NCBI GenBank assembly: GCA_965197745.1
Contig: CBDANS010000007.1
Span: 480,001 to 544,000, forward strand
Direction: 5' to 3'
From: Opitutales bacterium
GTDB lineage: Bacteria; Verrucomicrobiota; Verrucomicrobiia; Opitutales; PNEW01
Length of the DNA stretch: 64,000 nt
The notes below the pieces were generated by a model, which saw only the letters and a program-made list of their open reading frames with translations, did not search any database and had not been told where the DNA came from. Below, piece after piece: positions 32,259 to 41,276 of the stretch. The translations under genes and the position numbers were made by a program. Numbering within the stretch: the first letter of the stretch is position 1; every line of letters starts with the position of its first letter.

Positions 32259-33860
32259 TCAATTGTTTTCGGATAGGGCCACGGGGATAACTACACTGCC
32301 ATCGGCAAGCACAACCCGGCAGGAAAATGTCCATGCTCCCCAGGTCAAGCCCGGTTCAGGATTATCCAAATTGACAAACAACCTATTTTTACCTTTCTTA
32401 AGTTTCACCTCGACAACCCTGTATTTGTAAGGTTGATGAATGCCAAGGCTCTGCACCTTGTTGTCGTTGAGTCGGATTTTCATCTCGTCATCCCAGCTCA
32501 AGTGCAGCATTGCTTTAGTATCTTTTTTCACCTCCAAGGTGGTAACTGCTGAGGCATTGGCTGGCCAGGTGACATTGGAAATTCTACTCTGCACATTAAA
32601 CACGTGTGAAAAATCGACAAAACCATGTGTGGCCATGTGTTGTAATCCCGGTCTGATCGCATTCGCTTTTTCTTCCATGATTTTATCTCCCTGATACAAG
32701 GACCACGTGCCGTCATCGGGCGAAGCAAGGAAAGTGTCTGGCCCCTCGGCCCCGACCTGCTTTAATAGATCGTATTTACCCCGCTTTATTTCCCGTTCCT
32801 CGCGCCAGGGTGGATTACCGTACTGGAGGTCTTGGGGTGAAACCATCTTGACGAAAGGTCGGTGGGGTTCGGTCTGATACCAGTAAGCGGTCATGCACAT
32901 GTCGTTCGAGTGACTGCCCCACCGAAAATGCAATGATTTTTCGAAAGGCAGCAGATCGTGGACGTAAAACTTGTAAGCGCTGAGTTCGTGCCTGGCCAGG
33001 GCGCGCCCCACATCTTTATACTCGAGGTAGGGAATGCCACTGTAAAGGTGAGTGTTCGGTATATGATTTACACCGCCAAAACCTGTGTCGAAAGTGTTTT
33101 CTCCTCCTGCTGCGCGAAGATAGTGGGGGACGATGCCGTCTTCACCGGTTGCTTCACCGTCGATATAGAAATTCTCTGAGCCGGCATGCGACCAGCGTTG
33201 CTCATCGGAGCGCAAACGAACACCGAGAGAAAACCCTATGAGATAACCGCGACCCACAGCATCCATGACAAAAAAATCATCAGCCCAGGCTGGTGCCGGG
33301 TTCTCGCGACGCCAGGAAGCGTGAAATCGTAATTTCTCATCAAACTCGTCGGTCAAATATTTATGCCAATCCAAGGTGTATATAAACTTGGCGCTTTTAA
33401 TGGCCTCCACTTCCAGACGGGCGGATCGGGCAAAGGGCATGGGAAAGTAGCAGGCGAGGGCACCCATGTCACTCACCGAAAGATAGTAGCTGTTAATATT
33501 GTAGTGGCTGACGTTATAATGAACACCAAACAAATCGGGAAGGGGAGCTTCCACGCTCGGTGATTCTTCGCCATCCCAAAAAATGCGCAGGATGAAATTA
33601 CGACTGCCTTCCACCACGCGAAATTGGGCTCTTCGATCGTTACTGGTCATATAGATATGCCGAATGCAGCCCGGACCTTCAAGCTCGGCGATTATCCGCC
33701 GCTCACCCGCATCCATTGGAAATTTATCAAGCACCCGTTCATATCGGTATTTCTCCGGCAGGTTCAGCTTGTCTTCGATCGTCGCGGCCGAACATTCACC
33801 CACTAACCGGAACAATGCTATAAAAGAGAGAATGATAGTTGCGAGGAGAATATTGTTCAT
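32259..33860 (-). CDS. DUF2961 (GH172-like) secreted protein
   Basis: LEGPGCIRHI, LRIFWDGEESPSVEAP, CYFPMPF, RFHASWRRE, FYIDGE, AYWYQ; signal peptide. Confidence 0.82.
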   Translation of the reverse strand: MNNILLATIILSFIALFRLVGECSAATIEDKLNLPEKYRYERVLDKFPMDAGERRIIAELEGPGCIRHIYMTSNDRRAQFRVVEGSRNFILRIFWDGEESPSVEAPLPDLFGVHYNVSHYNINSYYLSVSDMGALACYFPMPFARSARLEVEAIKSAKFIYTLDWHKYLTDEFDEKLRFHASWRRENPAPAWADDFFVMDAVGRGYLIGFSLGVRLRSDEQRWSHAGSENFYIDGEATGEDGIVPHYLRAAGGENTFDTGFGGVNHIPNTHLYSGIPYLEYKDVGRALARHELSAYKFYVHDLLPFEKSLHFRWGSHSNDMCMTAYWYQTEPHRPFVKMVSPQDLQYGNPPWREEREIKRGKYDLLKQVGAEGPDTFLASPDDGTWSLYQGDKIMEEKANAIRPGLQHMATHGFVDFSHVFNVQSRISNVTWPANASAVTTLEVKKDTKAMLHLSWDDEMKIRLNDNKVQSLGIHQPYKYRVVEVKLKKGKNRLFVNLDNPEPGLTWGAWTFSCRVVLADGSVVIPVALSENN

Positions 33861-33869
33861 ATTCTTAGA

Positions 33870-33897
33870 GTCGAAAGTCGAAGGTCTAAAGTCAAAG
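33870..33897 (-). promoter_or_regulatory. Heptamer array x4 upstream of DUF2961 start
   Basis: Minus strand: ctttgac tttagac cttcgac tttcgac tc taagaat ATG. Confidence 0.5.
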
Positions 33898-33933
33898 GTA
33901 TATGCTCTAACACAGCCACTACATTCCCACTGT

Positions 33934-35493
33934 TCACTGTTTACTGTTCACTGATTCTCCCCGGCGGGAGTTTAGGATATCCCAAAAAGTTAGATCCTTT
34001 GAATTTGGTTTAAGGCCGCCGCAAAGGGCGCTCGCCAGTAATCCAATGAAGACTAAAACAAGATGGTTGAAGACGCCAATGATGTAGGGATTAAGCGTAT
34101 AATTAAAATGTCCCAGATTGAGTAAGGGTTTATTCGATCCTGGCAGATTAACCCCGGTTACGGTTGCCCAGCCGGTAAAAAGAAAACAAAAAATAATACC
34201 GATATAGGCACCCCGTGAGGTTGTCCAGCGAAAGAGAAAGCCAAGCGCAAAGAGACCGAGGATTCCCCCGGTTACGATAGAGGCAACGGTAATCGATAAT
34301 TCAAGAACGGATCGAATGCCGATCCATTGCTGGGCGATAAAGATTGAGGATGCTCCCAGCACCGCGACAACGATCTTTCCCACGATTAATTGATGTCTGT
34401 CATTGGCGCTTGGCATTATACGCACATAGAAGTCTTTGACCATTACGGTTGCGAGGGAGTTTAATTCTGAATCCAGAGAAGACATAGCGGCTCCTATCAG
34501 TGCCGCCAGTAAAATTCCGATTACGGCCGCGGGTAATTGGGTTTTTATAAAATAGGGCATGATAAAGTCCTTCGATTCGAGCACTTCTGCCGGCAGTTGC
34601 TCGACCGATAATTCATAAAACGCCCACAACAGAGCCCCGACGATTGAAAAAAGAATCCAGACCGGAACACAGGCTGAAGCTCCGATATAAGCGCCTTGTG
34701 CCGCTTCCCTGTCTGAGCGGGCGAGGAGAAAGCGTTGTACATTACTTTGATCACAGGCCAAGTACTGAAGCGTGAAAAAAGTTCCTCCAATAACGTAGAA
34801 CCATTGATTATGTTCATACCAATCGAAGTTCCAGTTACCCATCGCAAATTTTCCACCCTCCCACGCCTTGGAGATGACCACACCTGCTCCTTCACTCGGG
34901 GTAAAGAGTAAAACAAATAAACAAATCAGGCCGCCGATAACGAGTAGGGTTCCCTGGATTACATCGGTCCACACGACTGCTTCAATCCCGCCGATCATCG
35001 TGTAAATTACAGTCACAGCGCCCAGGATCAGGATTACCCACCACACATCCCAGCCACTCAAGTATCCGACAGCGATTGCTAAAAAATAAAAGGTGACACT
35101 GACATCGATAACATGACTGACGATAAATGCTGCCGCACCGTAAGCGCGCGCGGGGTAGCCAAAACGTTTTTGTAAATAATCGTAGGCAGTCATACGCACC
35201 GTTCGGCGATAAAAAGCTACGAGGTAATAAGAAATGAAAATCATGACGAGCGGCCAGACAAATTGCCGGGGCAATGACCACATATTAGTTTTATAAACTT
35301 CACCGGGGAGCCCGATGAAGGTAGCACTGCTGATGACCGTACCCATGATTGAAAAACCGACAACCCATCCCGGTAAATTGCGCCCGGCGAGGAAATAATC
35401 CTCTGTCGATTTCTGCCGGCGCGAAAAATATAATCCCAGCGTCCCCAGGATGCAGAGATATATGACAATAACCGTTATTTCGATAATACCCAA
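33934..35493 (-). CDS. Sodium:solute symporter
   Basis: STEDYFLAGRNLPGW, GGIEAVVWTDVIQ, DQSNVQRFL, AAMSSLDSELNS; TTG start. Confidence 0.93.
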   Translation of the reverse strand: MGIIEITVIVIYLCILGTLGLYFSRRQKSTEDYFLAGRNLPGWVVGFSIMGTVISSATFIGLPGEVYKTNMWSLPRQFVWPLVMIFISYYLVAFYRRTVRMTAYDYLQKRFGYPARAYGAAAFIVSHVIDVSVTFYFLAIAVGYLSGWDVWWVILILGAVTVIYTMIGGIEAVVWTDVIQGTLLVIGGLICLFVLLFTPSEGAGVVISKAWEGGKFAMGNWNFDWYEHNQWFYVIGGTFFTLQYLACDQSNVQRFLLARSDREAAQGAYIGASACVPVWILFSIVGALLWAFYELSVEQLPAEVLESKDFIMPYFIKTQLPAAVIGILLAALIGAAMSSLDSELNSLATVMVKDFYVRIMPSANDRHQLIVGKIVVAVLGASSIFIAQQWIGIRSVLELSITVASIVTGGILGLFALGFLFRWTTSRGAYIGIIFCFLFTGWATVTGVNLPGSNKPLLNLGHFNYTLNPYIIGVFNHLVLVFIGLLASALCGGLKPNSKDLTFWDILNSRRGESVNSKQ

Positions 35494-35502
35494 GGGGTAT
35501 TA

Positions 35503-35697
35503 GTCAAAAGGTCAAAACGTCAAAAGGTCAAATGCGTTAAAGTGTTAAAGCGAAAAAGCGTATAAGCGGTGATGCGAATAAGGGGAAATGGGGAAATTGG
35601 CAGAATGATAATGTAACCTGTATCAAGTCATATTTCTCATTTTCGCATTATCGCGAATGCGCATATCCTTTGACATTCGATTCGATGTTCGACATTT
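35503..35697. promoter_or_regulatory. Divergent intergenic region built from 7/8-bp arrays
   Basis: gtcaaa-based octamer x4 facing the SSS start; eight G(C/T/G)G-N5 octamers at 35534-35597; inverted octamers ~35632-35665; ctttgac attcgat..gttcgac upstream of the TauD gene. Confidence 0.55.
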
Positions 35698-35726
35698 ATT
35701 ATTACTGAATTTTATAAGCGACACCG

Positions 35727-36605
35727 GTGGTAAGAGCAGAGCAAACGGATCCTTCAATCACATTCACGCCACTGACTCCGGTAGTGGGAGCGGAATGTTG
35801 TGGTATCGATCTTTCGCAACCGGTGGGGAATGAGACTATTGCTGAAATTTACGCGGCACTGGCTGAGAACGGCGTGCTGCTCTTTCGCGACCAGGATATT
35901 ACACCTGAACAGCATATAGATTTCAGCCGCAAGTTCGGTCAGCTTGATATCCATGTCCTCGACCAGTTTCTTCTGCCAGGCCATCCGGAGATCTATATAA
36001 TCTCCAACGTGGTGGAAAATGGTAAGCACATCGGCGCGCATGGGGGAGCGAAGCATTTTCATTCCGATCTCTCCTATAATCCTGAACCCAGCCTGGGATC
36101 ACTGTTCCTCTGCCGTGAATGTCCACCCGAGGGTGGGCAAACCGAATTTGCCGGAATGTTTGCCGCTTATGATGCGCTGCCCGAAGAGCGAAAACAATGG
36201 TTGTTGCGGCAGCGCGGCGTTCACGACTACGTGTATCATTACGAGACTTTTCTCACCCATCGCAAGCCGTTGACCCGGGAACAGAAAGCTAAGCTTTCGC
36301 CCTCGGCTCACCCCGCAGTTCGCACCCATCCGGTAAGCGGCCGCAATGGGATCTATCTCTCTGAAGCCCTGACTTCACACCTGGAGGGAGTGGATGAAGA
36401 AGAGAGCCGCAGACTGATCAAGGAAATTAGCGATTTTGCCACGCAACCGCAGTTCGTCTATCGTCACGAATGGCGCGTCGGTGATCTGGTTTTCTGGGAC
36501 AACCGAGCGGTGATGCATCGTGTCCTGCCGTTTGACGAGGACCAGTCCCGACGAGTGATGCATCGAACCACAGTCCATGGAGACAAACCTTTTCTGAAGG
36601 TATAG
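35727..36605 (+). CDS. TauD/TfdA family Fe(II)/2OG dioxygenase
   Basis: PVVGAE..GIDLS, FHSDLSY (HxD), GGQTEF, HPAVRTHPVSGR, WDNRAVMHR. Confidence 0.93.
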   Translation: MVRAEQTDPSITFTPLTPVVGAECCGIDLSQPVGNETIAEIYAALAENGVLLFRDQDITPEQHIDFSRKFGQLDIHVLDQFLLPGHPEIYIISNVVENGKHIGAHGGAKHFHSDLSYNPEPSLGSLFLCRECPPEGGQTEFAGMFAAYDALPEERKQWLLRQRGVHDYVYHYETFLTHRKPLTREQKAKLSPSAHPAVRTHPVSGRNGIYLSEALTSHLEGVDEEESRRLIKEISDFATQPQFVYRHEWRVGDLVFWDNRAVMHRVLPFDEDQSRRVMHRTTVHGDKPFLKV

Positions 36606-36733
36606 ATGTTAGCGTGGATAGGTTTTAAGCGAAGAAATTATTCTTGACTCTTACACAGAAACATAAAACCTAACACTTAACACGCGCGTCAGCGCATATT
36701 CCGTTTGACATTAGACTATCGACTCTATAATCT

Positions 36734-38323
36734 GTGAGAGACCTGAGGCAAGACAGCACACAACTCTACGTTGCGGATCAGGTTCAGTCTTTTGTCGATA
36801 ATTTAATCCTGGAATCGGTGACCGATGTGACGCGGCGCTGGTATACACCTGAGCGGGTCAGTGACGGTCCGGTTCTGGCGAAAACTGAATCCTGGGAAGG
36901 TTTACCTTATTTCGGGAGCAACACCACGGTGATCCGCGATCCAGACGACGGTCTATTTAAATGCTGGTACGAGATTATGGTTGGTGAACCCGATAAAAGC
37001 AAAATGGCTCTCGGTATGGAATCCTACGTTTGTTACGCCACGAGTGAAGATGGTATTCACTGGGAAAAGCCAGAGTTCGATGTCACCATTTTAGAGGATA
37101 GTAAAACAAATATTATTCTGGGCAGCCATGAGTCCGGAGGCGCGCATGCCATGACTGTAATCAGGGACCCTTATCCAAAATCCGAAGCGGAACGTTTCAA
37201 AGGAATGGTAACGCTTATGTGGGATCAGAACAAAAATCGCCGGATCGTCAGCGCGCACTCACCGGATGGAATCAGCTGGCAGATTAGCGACGAGGTTCTT
37301 CGTATCGGCATGGCTGGACCAAGGTTGTGTGACGTCCACATCGTAGGCTATGACGAGGACGCCCGTGAATATGTATGCTACACGCGTCATTTCCTCATGA
37401 CAGCCGGAGCTACGCGTACACGCTTTGTCCGCGATCAGACATTCGCCCGACCATTAGAACCAGACAACTTCGCCACTTATTGCCAGCGGCGCGTGTGGGT
37501 TATGCGCAGCTCTGATTTCATTCATTGGAGCGAACCGGTTCTGGTGGCGGCGGTCGATGAGAACGAAGATAATTTAGATGAATCCTTTTATTACATGGTA
37601 CCCTATAAGGTAGGTACGTTGCATCTAGCGCCTGTGGGTGTGTTCAAATCGGTTGATAACGAGATGGAGGTACAGCTTCTGCACAGTCGAGACGGTCTCC
37701 GCTGGCAGCGTGCAATGAAGCGGCAGCCTTTCGTGGCTCATCGCGGTGAAGGATTCTGGGACGCGCACATGGTATTCATCACGACCCCGCCGATCGAAGT
37801 GGACAATAAACTTTATTTCTATTTCAGCGGGACCAACTTTCATCATGACTGGTGGCTGGTTGGATTGCGAGAGGGGATTGACCATCCGGAGGCAAAAGAT
37901 CCATTAGGTTGTGGGAACGCGTTCGCGATGGGCCTGGCAACCATGAGAAAAGACGGATACGCTTCGCTTTACGCCAACCGGTTTCGCCAGGGTATTGTTA
38001 TTACACGGAATTTAATTAGCCTGGGAACTCAGCTTGTTATCAATGCCCGTTGCGTCCCCGGGGGGTTAATCAGGGTCGAGGTCCAGAACCGCTTTGATAA
38101 GGTTCTTGGAGAATGTAGCATCGATAACAGCGACGCTTTCAGTGGTGACAGCGTCGAACACACGATGACATGGAAGGGCGATCCGACAATCCCCGCCGGT
38201 CGCGGCCAGGAACTCTACTGGCGCAAGCTCAGATTCCATTTGCGAGACGCCGAATTGTTTTCATTCCGTTTTACCCATGAGACCGAAGAAAGCGATCCCT
38301 ACAAAACAGAGAAGGAGTGGTAA
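36734..38323 (+). CDS. Cytoplasmic beta-propeller hydrolase-like protein, copy 1
   Basis: FVDNLI..RRWYTP, SEDGIHW / SPDGISW / SSDFIHW / SRDGLRW Asp-boxes, MRKDGYASL; same family as 974-2578. Confidence 0.65.
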   Translation: MRDLRQDSTQLYVADQVQSFVDNLILESVTDVTRRWYTPERVSDGPVLAKTESWEGLPYFGSNTTVIRDPDDGLFKCWYEIMVGEPDKSKMALGMESYVCYATSEDGIHWEKPEFDVTILEDSKTNIILGSHESGGAHAMTVIRDPYPKSEAERFKGMVTLMWDQNKNRRIVSAHSPDGISWQISDEVLRIGMAGPRLCDVHIVGYDEDAREYVCYTRHFLMTAGATRTRFVRDQTFARPLEPDNFATYCQRRVWVMRSSDFIHWSEPVLVAAVDENEDNLDESFYYMVPYKVGTLHLAPVGVFKSVDNEMEVQLLHSRDGLRWQRAMKRQPFVAHRGEGFWDAHMVFITTPPIEVDNKLYFYFSGTNFHHDWWLVGLREGIDHPEAKDPLGCGNAFAMGLATMRKDGYASLYANRFRQGIVITRNLISLGTQLVINARCVPGGLIRVEVQNRFDKVLGECSIDNSDAFSGDSVEHTMTWKGDPTIPAGRGQELYWRKLRFHLRDAELFSFRFTHETEESDPYKTEKEW

Positions 38324-38324
38324 T

Positions 38325-38796
38325 GCGTGAAGGCGATGATGTGAAAATGGGTAGAAGCGGGAAATTGCGCGAATAGGGGTGAACGCGAGCTTGCGTGAAA
38401 GCGGATAAGAGGACATGTGTGAATGCGGAATATGAAAAGAAATTCCTGCATTATTCATCCTTATTCCTCTATTGTCATTGCGAATGAAGCGTAGCTGACT
38501 GCAGCTACTGAGGGCGAAGCCCGACGTCTTCAAATCCAGAGATGGACTATATTCGACCTGTATTCACCTGGATCGCCACAGCTGCTAAACAGCCTTGCGA
38601 TGACAATGGGAATTAATTCATTTGTTATTACAAACGCGCTAGGGACACGATTCGACTAAGCTCGTCGCAGGACGCGTTCCACCATTCTTATTCAATAATA
38701 GCTATATTTATCCGCTTTACCCCTTATACGCGTTTTCGCATGCACGCTTTTTACATTTTCCTTTGACATTAGACTTTCTACCTTCGACTCTATAAT
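38325..38796. repeat. Nested intergenic repeat structure
   Basis: Forward octamer array 38325-38435, TGTCATTGCGA REP dimer 38471-38607, GTGG-type REP 38632-38684, reverse octamer array ~38706-38760, heptamer array 38761-38788, TATAAT. Confidence 0.7.
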
Positions 38797-38798
38797 CT

Positions 38799-40388
38799 GT
38801 GAGAGACCTGAGGCAAGATAGCACACAACTCTACATTGCGGATCAGGTACAGACTTTCGTCGATAACTTAATCCTGGAATCGGTAACCGACATAACGCGG
38901 CGCTGGCATACGCCCGAGCGAGTCGGCGACGGTCCAGTTCTCACAAAGACAGAGCCTTGGGAAGGTTTACCCTATTTTGTGTGTCAAACCACAATCATCC
39001 GCGATCCGGATGACGGCTTATTCAAATGTTGGTATGAAATCATGGTGGGCGAGCCCGATAAGAGCAAGATGGCTCTGGGTATGGATTCCTACTCGTGTGT
39101 GGCAACGAGTGAGGATGGTCTTCACTGGGAAAAACCAGCGCTTGATTCCACAATTGTGGATGGACGCAAGACGAATATTATTCTGGGCAACCCCGAAACC
39201 GGAGGCGCGCACTCGATGACCGTGATCAGGGACCCTTATCCAAAGTCCGAGGCGGAGCGCTTCAAGGGGATGCTTACGCTTATGTGGGACCATAACAAGA
39301 ATCGCAAGATTGTCACCGCCTACTCGCCGGACGGTATCAACTGGAAGATAAACGACGATGTTCTTCGCATTGGTCTGGCCGGACCGAGACTGTGCGACGG
39401 CCACAACCTCGCCTATGACGAGGATGCTCGTGAGTATGTTTGCTACACCCGGCATTTCCTCATGACTGCCGGTGCGACACGCGTACGCTTTGTCCGCGAT
39501 CAAACCTTTGGCCGACCCTTAGAGCCGGACAACTTCGCCACCTATTGCCAGCGGCGCGTCTGGGTGATGCGCAGCTCCGATTTCATTCATTGGAGCGAAC
39601 CGGTTCTCATCGCCGCGGCCGATGAGAGCGAAGATAATCTGGACGAATCTTTTTATTACATGGTACCTTATAAACTGGGCGCGTTGCATCTTGGGCCGGT
39701 AGGGGTGTTCAAGTCAGTGGACAATGAGATTGAAGTACAGCTTCTACATAGCCGCGACGGACTCCGCTGGCAGCACGCCATGAAACGGCAACCATTTCTC
39801 GCTCATCGCGGTGAAGGATTCTGGGATGCGCACCTGGTATATATAAATAACCCGCCGATCGAAGTGGACGATAAACTTTATTTCTACTACAGCGGGACCA
39901 ACTTTCATCACGACTGGTGGATGGTAGGATTGCGGGAAGGGATCGACCATCCGGAGGCAGTTGATCCTTTAGGCTGTGGGAATGCGTTTGGCGTGGGATT
40001 GGCTACCTTGAGAAAAGACGGATACGCCTCACTATATGCCAATCAATACCGCCAGGGTATTATCGTGACCAGGAGCCTGATCAGCCTGGGGACCCAGCTT
40101 GTTATCAATGCCCGCTGCGCGAAGGGAGGTTCAATCCGGGTCGAGGTCCAAAACCGTTTTGATCAGGTCCTGGGAGAATGCAGCATCGATAACAGCGACG
40201 CATTCTCCGGCGACAGCGTCGAACACACCATGACCTGGAAGGGCGATCCGACGATCCCCGCCGGTCGTGGCCAGGAACTCTACTGGCGGAAGCTCAGATT
40301 TCATCTACGTGACGCTGAACTCTTTTCATTCCGTTTCACCCACGAGACCGAAGATATTTCACCCTATAAGACGGAGAAAGAGTGGTAA
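38799..40388 (+). CDS. Cytoplasmic beta-propeller hydrolase-like protein, tandem copy 2
   Basis: 529 aa, same length as and colinear with 36734-38323; many synonymous differences. Confidence 0.65.
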   Translation: MRDLRQDSTQLYIADQVQTFVDNLILESVTDITRRWHTPERVGDGPVLTKTEPWEGLPYFVCQTTIIRDPDDGLFKCWYEIMVGEPDKSKMALGMDSYSCVATSEDGLHWEKPALDSTIVDGRKTNIILGNPETGGAHSMTVIRDPYPKSEAERFKGMLTLMWDHNKNRKIVTAYSPDGINWKINDDVLRIGLAGPRLCDGHNLAYDEDAREYVCYTRHFLMTAGATRVRFVRDQTFGRPLEPDNFATYCQRRVWVMRSSDFIHWSEPVLIAAADESEDNLDESFYYMVPYKLGALHLGPVGVFKSVDNEIEVQLLHSRDGLRWQHAMKRQPFLAHRGEGFWDAHLVYINNPPIEVDDKLYFYYSGTNFHHDWWMVGLREGIDHPEAVDPLGCGNAFGVGLATLRKDGYASLYANQYRQGIIVTRSLISLGTQLVINARCAKGGSIRVEVQNRFDQVLGECSIDNSDAFSGDSVEHTMTWKGDPTIPAGRGQELYWRKLRFHLRDAELFSFRFTHETEDISPYKTEKEW

Positions 40389-40436
40389 AGCCATTGCTGA
40401 TTTTCGATTGCCGATTTTCGTTTGGAAGAAAAATAA

Positions 40437-40886
40437 TTAATATTTTCTTCTCACGAATGGGGCAACCGTTTCCTGGGCCAGTAATTTCTCAATAACATTT
40501 TTGCTGTAATAAGTATTCCCGGAAATTACAGTCTCAATAGCTGTTTTAATATCATCAACCGAACCAGGTTTTTCAAGAATACCATCAGCATTTCCATCAT
40601 AAGCATGCCTCACCGTGCCTATGTCTAGAATTCCTGAATACATTATGACCTTAATATGTGGATCCCTCTTTTTAAGGATATGTAATATTTCTATACCGTT
40701 CACATCGGGCAATCGAATATCAACAATCGCAAGGTCAGGTTTTAACAATATACATTCTTTTAGCCCCAGCTGACCATTAATGTTAGAGCCAACAACCTGA
40801 TAGCCATCAAAAGTGGTGTTGATGATAGCGGTAAGAGATTCGCATACTACCTCATCGTCATCAATTATATATATATTCTTACTCAT
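40437..40886 (-). CDS. Response regulator, NarL-type receiver without output domain
   Basis: IYIIDDD, IVDIRLPDVNG, YS, LEKP; ends shortly after the YYS linker. Confidence 0.82.
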   Translation of the reverse strand: MSKNIYIIDDDEVVCESLTAIINTTFDGYQVVGSNINGQLGLKECILLKPDLAIVDIRLPDVNGIEILHILKKRDPHIKVIMYSGILDIGTVRHAYDGNADGILEKPGSVDDIKTAIETVISGNTYYSKNVIEKLLAQETVAPFVRRKY

Positions 40887-41276
40887 TTTAAGTAATTAAA
40901 CACAGCAATTCTATTTCACAGTCAGTTCCCAATCTCTTGTAATCTCAAATCTCAGCTTAGATATAATATCTAAAAATATTATCCAGTTGCTTTTTCTCTG
41001 GCCGCAGAAGGTGATATATCTGTTTAAGACGGTAATGCCCATTCTTTGCTTTAAAAGAATAGAGCCTTAAAATAGTGGTGAACTATGACGAAGTAGCAAA
41101 ACTAAAATGCACTCCTATTGGTATATTAAGCCACTGTTTCAATTTCTTTACGCATTTTTTTAAATCCGATTCAAAAAAGCAGGAATTTTACACGGCTTCA
41201 CTGACTGCAGGTTTATTCACTCTTTTCACTGACGGTTCATAGTAGAATCAACTTTAAAAATGATTCACCGGCCGGA

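Noticed and set aside
36734..40388. Assembly artefact duplicating the 529-aa gene
   Set aside because: The copies differ at many synonymous and non-synonymous sites and in their leaders.
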